Source of the DNA: Octopus bimaculoides
Lineage: Eukaryota
Length of the DNA stretch: 63,663 nucleotides
Assembly (NCBI RefSeq): GCF_001194135.2
Contig: NC_068987.1
Span: forward strand, 99,839,971-99,903,633
Direction of reading: 5' to 3'
Part shown: positions 54,893 to 63,663 of the stretch, one piece after another
Numbering within the stretch: position 1 is the stretch's first letter
How the letters are laid out: each line of letters begins with the position of its first letter
The notes under the pieces: model-generated
Told to the model about the DNA's origin: nothing
Seen by the model: only the letters and a program-made list of their open reading frames with translations
Database searches by the model: none
Position numbers and translations under genes: made by a program

Positions 54893-54938
54893 AACACAAC
54901 GTTTCGGCTGATATACCCGAAGCCCTTCGTCAAGTGTC
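54893..54938 (-). ncRNA. Minimal type-I hammerhead ribozyme-like fold (degenerate copy)
   Basis: RNA reads GACAC-UUGACGA-AGGGCU(UCGGGUAUAUC)AGCC-GAAAC-GUU-GUGUU. Stem I is GACAC/GUGUU, the core is (C>U)UGACGA and GAAA, stem II is GGCU/AGCC, and stem III is the palindrome ACGU. Confidence 0.55.
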
Positions 54939-55006
54939 TTGGGGAAATTTTGAACCTGAGTTCTCATTCCTAACGATGTTACTATTATTATATTATTATT
55001 ATTAAT

Positions 55007-55081
55007 CAGGTCGCTGCGGTGAATCGAACTCGGAATCTTGGGGTTAGTAGCCCGCGCTCTTAACCACTACGCCATATGCCC
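55007..55081 (-). promoter_or_regulatory. tRNA-like module with Pol III A and B boxes (not a functional tRNA)
   Basis: GGGCATATGGCGTAGTGGTTAAGAGCGCGGGCTACTAACCCCAAGATTCCGAGTTCGATTCACCGCAGCGACCTG. A-box TGGCGTAGTGG, anticodon-like arm GGG-CTACTAA-CCC, B-box GAGTTCGATTC. The acceptor stem does not pair. Confidence 0.8.
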
Positions 55082-55412
55082 GTGGGCAATTATGGAGTGA
55101 ATTTTAGGGCCTATAAATCTATTATTTTTCTATCCTCCCTCAATACCGGTTCCCATATGCTATTCATATCTGCACTCGGTCTGCTTAGGAGGATGTTGTG
55201 TCCTAGCATATGTGCTGCTTCTTTTAATTTTCGTATTTTCCAGTGTTGTTCCCTGTCTATTATTTTAACTTCATCCCACAGGGGGAGGTGGTCTCCATTT
55301 TGCCATACATGATCAGCTATACCCGATTTATCAATATCTCCTCGTGTCACAGCTTTGCGATGTTCTTCTACCCTTATTCTGTGTCTCCTAAATGCATTAT
55401 CCCTTCTGAGAC

Positions 55413-55630
55413 TAATATTGGTTTGAAATTTTGACACAAAGCCAGCACCTTCGAGGGAAGGCGCCAGTCGATTACATCGACCCAACTGTTCAGCTGGAAC
55501 TTCTTTCATCGATTCCGAATGCTTAACTCGTAAAGTAGACCTCGGCAAAATTTGAACTCAGAGCAAGGAGACAGACGAAATGTTGTTACGCATTTGGCCC
55601 GGTGCGGCAACGACTCTGCCGGGTCACCAC
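55413..55630 (-). mobile_element. SINE (family B) at the PLE truncation point
   Basis: Reverse complement of the 34366-34585 family (ATTTGAACTCAGAG..GACGAAATG..CCCGGTGCGGCAACGACTCTGCC). Confidence 0.8.
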
Positions 55631-55764
55631 TTTCTTGCAATAATATCCTTAATAGAAGAAGAAAAACGACGACTACGACGACGACGACGACAATGATGAT
55701 AATGATGATGATGATGATGATGATGACAACGACTAGGATGACGGTGATGATATCAACACCAATT

Positions 55765-55975
55765 ATTGTTTTCTACTCTAGGCAAAAGGTCCCAAATTTT
55801 CAGAGATGAGGTCAGCCGATTATATCGACCCCAGTACGCAACTAACACTTAATTTATCGACCCCGAAAGGATAACAAGGAAACGTATACCTCAACAAAAT
55901 TTGAACTCAGAACAAAAAGACAGGCGAAATGCCGCTAAGCATTTTACCCGGTGCGGTATGGAGCCTGCTTGTTCA
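55765..55975 (-). mobile_element. SINE (family B)
   Basis: TTCTACTCTAGGCAAAAGG..ATCGACCCCAGT..TTATCGACCCCGAAAGGAT..TTTGAACTCAGAAC..AAATGCCGCTAAGCATTT. Confidence 0.85.
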
Positions 55976-55996
55976 CCAGTTTGTTGCAATAACAGT

Positions 55997-56125
55997 CTTA
56001 ATGGAACAACAACGACGACGACGAGGATGACGACGAAGATGATGATGATGACGATGATGATGTTGATGGTGGTGATGATGATGATGATGACGACGACGAC
56101 GACGACGACGATGACGGCGGTGATA

Positions 56126-56172
<47 letters not shown>

Positions 56173-56222
56173 GATGGTGATGTTCAAGACGACGACGACG
56201 ACGATGCTGACGATGCTGATAT
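55997..56222. repeat. (GAC/GAT)n compound microsatellite
   Basis: Directly visible. Confidence 0.9.
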
Positions 56223-57819
56223 CAACAAGAATTATTAATGTTGCTGTTAGTTTTCGTTCTAAATATATGTATTTGAATTCTCTGTAAGATTCGTGTTATC
56301 CGCATATCTAGACACAATTTCAGCATTAATAATTTTATGTTACATGATTGTTGTTTAAATAAAGAAGCACCCGCTGGGTTTGTTCATTTCGTGTTTCTTG
56401 TCATTTGGGGCAAATACTTTCATAGAAACAGATTCTTGAAATCTTGTTATTCAAAGCACAGTTTTAAAAGCGGTAACGTCTTTAATTATCAGACAGCTAA
56501 AAGGTAGATTGAAATTTTTATTATCACTTTCTTCACTTGATTTTCTTAGTTGACCCTACTCGAAGGTGAGTTTTCCACGTCGTTAAGATGCGATGCGCTG
56601 GGTTGTGAGGGTTCTGTTTTGTGTCAACGTGTGAGATTGTGTTGCAAAGACGTACAGATTGAGGGAGAGGAAAGAAATGAGGAATGGGAATGAATTGAAA
56701 TGGTTGTGGGTTCTGTTGACATGGCACAGTTGTTGTGAATGGCATTGTTGCTGTTTCTAGCCTTACTTCCCCTGTTAGTGTTAGTGGTACTGCCTCGTCT
56801 ATGTTGCAGCTACTGTTGCAGTTTGTGCTGTTGCTAATTTAATTGATATTGTTGTTGGTCTCACCATGGTTGTTTTTTTTTCCTGTTCTCAGTGATGCCA
56901 ATGTTGAAGATGTTACTGCTGTTACTACTGCAGCCTTCTGCTGTTCTTGGAACTTTAGTTTCGGCAATGATGGTCTAAATTATTTTGCTCCTCTTGTAGA
57001 ACGGAAAGTTCTCCAGTGGTTTTCGGTGTCATGCAAGTGACAGGAGGTCATCTGCCCTCAATAGTAACTCGCATCAAAACTCCAGTGGGCAGTTGAATAA
57101 GTTGCGTCATTTGAGTCAGGCGTATATCTGTGTCTAGGACGAACGAGAAATAATTGTCTCACTTCACTACAATGCCGGCAGCAAAAAAATGATATATTTC
57201 TATCGATGTCGTTCCCGTTGCTGCTGTTGTTGTTGCTGGTGTTATTGTTTCTCTCGCTGTTGCTCATTGTTCCTGCTAATATTTGGGTTTCTGTCACTAC
57301 TTTCACTTTCCGTGTGACTGCTGTAGCTGCCACTTCTGTCGATGCTGCTTTTGCGGTTGTTGTTGACTTTATTAGTGTTCATGTTAAAGATGTTGTCGTT
57401 AGTATTGCTACCGGTCTTTCTTTGCCTTTATCGTTATTGTTATTTTTGTTGTTATTATTATTGTATTTTACTGCTATTTTTGCTGTAGTCGCAATTTTAG
57501 CAGCACTGCTTCATACAAACATCCTGGTTTGGCTTTGCTGAATTTTTTGTATCCATTATTGTATGAATAATTACAACAAACTAAAACTAAAAACAAAACG
57601 AAAGCAAATATTATTATACAATTATCTTCTTTTTTTCTTTGGGGATACAAACTAAAGTTACGGTCCTTTTCCAAAATGTTAGAAGAAATTCACAACAGCA
57701 CATATTTTTTTCAACAAAACTTAACAAATCTTCAGGAACAGATCACCACAAAAGATCATAACTTTAGTATATATTCGACAAAACAACAATATTGACAATA
57801 ACATAATCAACAACATTAA

Positions 57820-58008
57820 TATTCATTTCTGCTAAAAATACAAGACCTGACATTTTGGGAAGAGGATTAGTCGATTGTATCGACCCTAGTGTTTCACTGG
57901 TACTTAGTTTATTGCCCCGAACGGATAAAAGGCAAAGTCGACCTTGGTGTAATTTCAAATCAGAACTTGAAAACGGACGTAATGCCGCCAAGCATTCTGC
58001 CAGCTCGC
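57820..58008 (-). mobile_element. SINE (family B)
   Basis: Family-B reverse complement ending TCTGCCAGCTCGC. Confidence 0.85.
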
Positions 58009-58034
58009 TGCTTTAAAAAGAGTAATTATTATTA

Positions 58035-58178
58035 TTTTTAATGGAAGCACAGGGACTCAAATTAGGGGGAAGCGATTCCGTTGATTACATCGATCCCAGT
58101 CCGTAACTGGTACTTATTGAATCGACTCCGAGTGGATGAATGGCAAAGGTGACATCGGCGGAATTTGAAATCAGAACA
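58035..58178 (-). mobile_element. SINE (family B), head truncated
   Basis: GATTACATCGATCCCAGT..CTGGTACTTATT..GGCAAAGGTGACATCGGCGGAATTTGAA. Confidence 0.8.
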
Positions 58179-58211
58179 ACAATAAAAATAATAATAGTAG
58201 TAGTAGTAGTT

Positions 58212-58247
<36 letters not shown>

Positions 58248-58257
58248 TTGGTGGTAA

Positions 58258-58460
58258 GAATATGTTCCAATGTTGGAAAAGGCCCTGATATTTTGGGAGA
58301 GGTAACAAATCGATTACATCAACCCGATTGCTCAACTGGTATTTATTTCATCGACACCGTAAGGATGAAAGATTAAGTCGATGTCAGTAGAGTTTGAGTT
58401 CACAACGTATAGACGGACGAAATGCTGCTAAGCATGTTTCGGCGGTCAAACTATTTAGCC
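58258..58460 (-). mobile_element. SINE (family B)
   Basis: CGATTACATCAACCCG..TTCATCGACACCGTAAGGATGAAAG..GACGGACGAAATGCTGCTAAGCAT. Confidence 0.8.
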
Positions 58461-58467
58461 AATTAGT

Positions 58468-58550
<83 letters not shown>

Positions 58551-58557
58551 CAGCAGC

Positions 58558-58720
58558 AGCAGGAGAACTTGGAGCACTAGCAACAGAGTTCCAGAAATGC
58601 ATCAGAGAAATCGGAATTGACATGGTTGTAGAGCAAGCTCTCAAAACTGCGCTGTTGCGGACAGCTAAGTTTTTCAGATTGGTACTTGGATGTTGAATAT
58701 CTCTCACCATAATTATCAGC
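58558..58720 (+). mobile_element. Extreme 3' end of an R4/Dong-type element
   Basis: GELGALATEFQKCIREIGIDMVVEQALKTALLRTAKFFRLVLGC* resembles the RLE C-terminus GALG...QKTALLGTARILR. It starts at a (GTA)n/(GCA)n array. Confidence 0.7.
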
Positions 58721-59134
58721 CAAATATCAAAATTTATGATGTCCGAAAAGCGTCACTGTGTGACCTCTGACAGCATGATAATGTCCGCTCTAACAAAATC
58801 TACCAGAACAAACAAGATCGAGCACATTGAGAACTAAAACCACAACCACAACAACAACAACAACAATAATAATAACAACAATAATGATAATAATAACAAC
58901 AGCATATATAAATGATGATAATAAAGTGGATGAAGATGAATATTTATTTTATTTGCTACTGGGGCATCAAATGAAGCCAAAGAAAAGGAGAGGACAATGA
59001 TATTAGATAAAAGTAAATATAGTATTAAAAATGTGAACCTATGAATGCTGCAAACCTAATGATAAACTCTGACTTGGAGTTTCTACTTTATCACATCAAT
59101 GAATCCGAGATATTTCGGAACACTATCGCCACCT

Positions 59135-59332
59135 AATGTACGGAACAAAGCCAGTGGCTTGTATGGGGACGAGATTATATTATTATATCAATCCTATACT
59201 CAACTGTTACTTTATTTTATCGACCCCGGAACAATCAATTGTAAAGTTTATCTCAGTCGTATTTGAACTCGGTCGGAAAGAGCCCAGAGAAACATGCCAA
59301 TCATTTTGTTGCACGTTTTGACAATTCTGTCA
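59135..59332 (-). mobile_element. Old SINE (family B)
   Basis: TTTATTTTATCGACCCCGGAA..TTTGAACTC..ACAATTCTGTCA. Confidence 0.65.
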
Positions 59333-60200
59333 CATAAACTTTTAAATAATAATGATAATAATAATAATAATAATAATATGAACTTCTAACTTGTTGTCNN
59401 NNNNNNNNTAATAAGTATAATAATAATAATGATGATGATGATGATGATGATGATGATAATAACACCCCTTTCCAGAATAGGTACAAAGTAGCAATCGATA
59501 AAGAAGAATAAGAACACACTGAAGTAGAAAGAGATAAGAAACAATGTGAATGAAATGAACTACAAAGACATATAAACTACCGACAGCATATGCATCAAAA
59601 CGGTAACAGTAAGAAAAAAAATAAGGAAGCAGAAAAGAAAGTAATTTGAAGAAGAAAGCGCAGAAGTGAAAAATATGGAGTGAAATCGATAGATTTCAAT
59701 TTGAATTGTCCGTCAATGTATTTTTAAGTGGGAAAGCGGTGAGTTCAAATGTTCATGTTAAGATTATTGAGGATAGCACGATACTGGAAATCGACTGAAT
59801 ATGAATACCAAATATCAATTTAAGGACAAATATGAAAAACAAGCAATTACTGGCTAAAAAAGAAACAAAGGCATGCACAAAGGACGTATACACAGGCATA
59901 CACAACACACAGATATATATGTAGTATTGTCTAGCTGAAAATATATGCATATATATTTCTCCTGCCCCCATCTCCATATCAGCTACTTTCATTTCGGCTG
60001 CTGCACTTACAATTACTGTTACCACTACTTTCATAACTCCGTGTGCTGNNNNNNNNNNNNNNNNNNNNNNNNNNNNNNNNNNNNNNNNNNNNNNNNNNNN
60101 NNNNNNNNNNNNNNNNNNNNNNNNNNNNNNNNNNNNNNNNNNNNNNNNNNNNNNNNNNNNNNNNNNNNNNNNNNNNNNNNNNNNNNNNNNNNTCCTCCTC

Positions 60201-60244
<44 letters not shown>

Positions 60245-60936
60245 GTTGTTATTTCCAGTATATTTTCCTGCACATACATTATATGTTAACTGGTCAGGAT
60301 TCCATACTCAAAGACTGATATGGTATGTTTGAGATCATTCCTGACTTGCTCTACTATACAATACCAAAAGACTCAACTCCATGAAAGGAGAACAGAAAAC
60401 TTAGTAAATTACAAAGAAATAATTTTTTAATAGACCCAACTTTAGTGTCAGGCAGTGATAAATTGAAAGATTGGCCTATAGAGATAAAGTTATGTTTCTA
60501 ATCCTGAAACCAGTAGCTGTGTAATGCCCTTACCTCAAACCAAATACAATTGAATCGTAACAGTGACTATATCACAATGCGTTAAAAAAAAAAATATTTG
60601 TTTTCCAAACTGTTATGATTTTTATTTCAACATACAGTTTCCGATCAAATCAATTGTCAGACAAATACATCTCCGAAACACACTCACATATATACACGCA
60701 TCTAAGTAGACGATAGCACTCATTACGTTTAAAAGAGTTTATGTCCTTAGGAACGCTATTACTTCAAATGGAACTTAGAGAGTCAATGGGAAAATATGAT
60801 AGTTCCTTTATAAATAATAGTTTATCTTCGAACACAGTTGTTTATAGAATGACGTTACTAGAGAAAGAAACTCTCTATTTAACAACACACGCACACTATT
60901 ATATATATATATATATATATATTCGTGTATGTGTAT

Positions 60937-61030
60937 ATACAGGGTGTTTCAAAAGTCACCATACATAGGAAAATATGTTTTTGTTACAAGAAATAGTTAA
61001 ATAAAAGAAACTTGTTCTTGTAAAAATTAA
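60937..61030 (+). mobile_element. Solo Tc1/mariner-type terminal inverted repeat
   Basis: TA-CAGGGTGTTTCAAAAGTCACC start, a typical ITm terminus. I found no partner end in the window. Confidence 0.45.
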
Positions 61031-63321
61031 ATGTAAAAAAATGTGCTTATATACATATACGCACATGCATGCAAGCATACATACGTACATACTTCCATAC
61101 ATATATGCAAACATACTTACTAGGTAGCCGAACGAGTAGCGAGGCACTGATATCGAATCTGGAATATACTCATCAGCACATACAATTTTCTCATCAGCAG
61201 CAGACTGCCTGTAGATAAAACATAGTTCCACACATCTTTTTAATTTCACATTGTATCCCATCGGAAACATCCTTTAACCGCCAAGTGTCAGATGCGTTGA
61301 CTGATGATGTTTCCATACACAAGACAGTTACAATATTGAGATTTGGATAGAGGCTTCTCAAAAATTATTGTCTTAGTAGTTTGAGTGAATGCCCAAAGAA
61401 TGATCACTGATCTTCAGCCACATATCATTGGGTGAAATGTGTGTATGTAAGCAGGAAATTAAGCATGGATATGTTAGCAGAAAGCTCAAGGTGGACAGTA
61501 ACATTAATAATCGAATTGTTCTAACCTGGTTTAAGAAACGGACCGCTGATACACATTTTGAATGTGATGCGTTTCCTGTTCGGAAATAGCAGACAGGTTC
61601 TGACGCACAAAATGAACAGAGACGCGAAAGAAACAAACATGTGATAGCCGATCCAAACTCTGATGATTTAATATTGAAGGCCTCATCCAAACATTAGGAG
61701 TTGTCTGAAAATGTTATTGTATCAAGAAGCGTCATATTTGATCACAAAACCTGTAGTGTTGTAAACTCCAACAGAGTAATCTTCACTTAAATATAAGTTT
61801 CGGGTCGGCATTGCATGAGCTAGACGATGTGTGTACGTGTCACAATACAGTAGTTCATCTGTAATTCTAGAATCCTTTGGCAAGGTTCCAAAGTGTGAAA
61901 TAATTAAAACCCTAATTACTATATGATTCTGGAATATAAAATATGAAGTTGTAATTTTAAGTTTTTTCTAATAAATCTGTTATCGAATGCTGTTAGTTGA
62001 GAGATCTTGATCGGTATATACATCAGAGGCCACCTATGATCTCTGAAATTCTACTTTGCATGAATGTTGAGGTAGTAAAATATGAAATAGTCTTTCACAT
62101 TTTTTTACACCGGAGAAACATAAACATAGATACAACTATGAGAAAAAATTACTCAGCGTTCAGTGAAAACGTTCCTTGTTTTATATTTTCTGAATTTCAT
62201 AAACCGAAAATAGTTATTGTCTTGTACCGTGGCATCTACTTCTTGAAATCGAAGTCAAATAAAATTAGTAACACACTAGAAATTAGAATTTGTTGGTAGC
62301 AAAACCTTTAGCTATACATTAGTTCAGAAGGGCCGATATTCGTTTAGATAACGGCATTCATAATTTTCAAACATAAAGTTAAGTCCGTTCCTAGAAAAAG
62401 AAGAAATAATTAGCGTTATTAATCAAAGAAATTATGCATAAAACCACCACTTTATATAGGTAGAAAGAAAAACAAGTTTATCGCTTATTTTTGAAACATT
62501 ACAGTCAAGAGTATAATAAAACAAATGGAAGTCAAATGAGTATAGAATTGACGGGACCATCACACCTCGTTTTTGATCTTAAGTCGTTGGTGTTTAACTA
62601 AAATTCAGTATTACTAGGAAGGGAAACGCAGTTTTGGTCAGCTGCTACTTCAAATTTTAAGTATAGGGCATGAAGGGTACAACGCCAAGTTATATTTCTT
62701 CAAAGCACTAGAGACAATTCACGACAAATCACTCGGACATGACGAACATGTCGTTTGCTTATGTTATAAAAGGAACTTATAATCGTTTCGGATATCTGTA
62801 GACCTTGCGAATAACTAAAATTCTTAAATGCTGATTCTCTACTGGCACTAATGGAGATATACAATTCTTGAGCAAAACTCAGATTTGTTTTCTGTATGTA
62901 CCCATCACCCCACGCAAGCGATTAACATATATTTCCATATATATTCATTCATATACACATACATACATACATACATACATACATACATACATACATACAT
63001 ACATACAGCCGTATATTATTACAAAAGGAAAAATACTCGGCTCTATATTTTGCACTAGTGTATGAGATAAAGATGAATATGCAGTGAATAAATAAATATA
63101 ATCGTACAATAATTGATTATGACAGAAATACATTGCAATATGTGGGATAACCAAAGTCAACATTTATGAAAACAATACTTATTAAATGTCAATGTAGCTA
63201 AATGACTCGGTTCGTACGAGTATCTATAAATTTATTTTGATTTTATTTATTTCTTCAGTAAACTATAATGTTTTGTGTCTTCTTTTTTTTTCAACAGAAG
63301 TTTATTCACATAAACTTATAA

Positions 63322-63353
<32 letters not shown>

Positions 63354-63492
63354 ACTCACACATACACAAACGAAATTTTTTTGTGTAAATGTCATTTTTG
63401 TATATTGCTTTAAAACGTATATACACACGTATGTATATACATAGATACATGCATAGAATTATATTCATACAAACATATGTATATACATATAT

Positions 63493-63663
63493 AGGCGCAG
63501 GAGCGGCTGTGTGGTAAGTAGCTTGCTTACCAACCACATGGTTCCGGGTTCAGTCCCACTGCGTTGTACCTTGGGCAAGTGTCTACTGCTATAGCCTCGG
63601 GCCGACCAAAGCCTTGTGAGTGGATTTGGTAGACGGAAACTGAAAGAAGCCTGTCGTATATAT
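63493..63663 (+). mobile_element. tRNA-derived SINE (family A), runs off the window edge
   Basis: GGCGCAGGAGCGGCTGTGTGGTAAGTAGCTTGCTTACCAACCACATGGTTCCGGGTTCAGTCCCACTGCG..GAAAGAAGCCTGTCGTATATAT. Confidence 0.9.

Larger units (their letters stand above)
54837..55395 (-). mobile_element. 5'-truncated Penelope-like element: GIY-YIG C-terminus plus 3' pLTR-like region
   Basis: IRVEEHRKAVTRGDIDKSGIADHVWQNGDHLPLWDEVKIIDREQHWKIRKLKEAAHMLGHNILLSRPSADMNSIWEPVL is a PLE GIY-YIG tail (RxxEH..S.xAxH..W..V.IxDRE...RKxKE). The stop is at 55113-55111 and is followed by tRNA-like and hammerhead-like modules. Confidence 0.85.

Noticed and set aside
55007-55081. Functional tRNA gene (apparent anticodon ACT)
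   Set aside because: The acceptor stem does not pair and the T-arm is disrupted. It is a tRNA-derived promoter module inside a repeat.
55111-55548. 145-aa ORF as a novel gene
   Set aside because: The N-terminal third is antisense SINE sequence reading through by chance into the PLE GIY-YIG remnant.
63270-63320. Strong acceptor (TTTTTTTTTCAACAG) as an exon start
   Set aside because: It is followed by stops or a (CA)n tract, with no donor nearby.

Overview
AT-rich eukaryotic draft-assembly sequence with many N-gaps (largest at 19041-19885, 53726-54546 and 29402-29971), nearly all flanked by microsatellites. I find no intact protein-coding gene, rRNA, functional tRNA or CRISPR array. Most of the supplied ORFs are read-throughs of microsatellites, gaps or decayed transposons. 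The SINE sequences and microsatellite density look like an octopus genome; this is my recognition and inference, not a database match. The window is an intergenic or deep-intronic transposon graveyard. It holds a CR1-type LINE relic abutting a Penelope (PLE) GIY-YIG fragment (1-1115) and an RTE LINE whose 5' part is inverted exactly as twin priming predicts (25577-28033). It also has six co-oriented R4/Dong-type fragments, several next to trinucleotide arrays (36.9-58.7 kb), and relics of four IS630-Tc1-mariner lineages (D37D, D36E, D43D, mariner). About 18 tRNA-derived SINEs and several MITE/foldback inverted repeats make up the rest. The most interesting structure is at 54837-55395 on the minus strand. 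There a Penelope GIY-YIG ORF end is followed 30 nt later by a tRNA-like Pol III promoter, an (AAT)n spacer and a minimal hammerhead-ribozyme fold. A few splice-signal-bounded candidate exons, best a 16-nt microexon at 56550-56565, hint at a host gene but are unproven.
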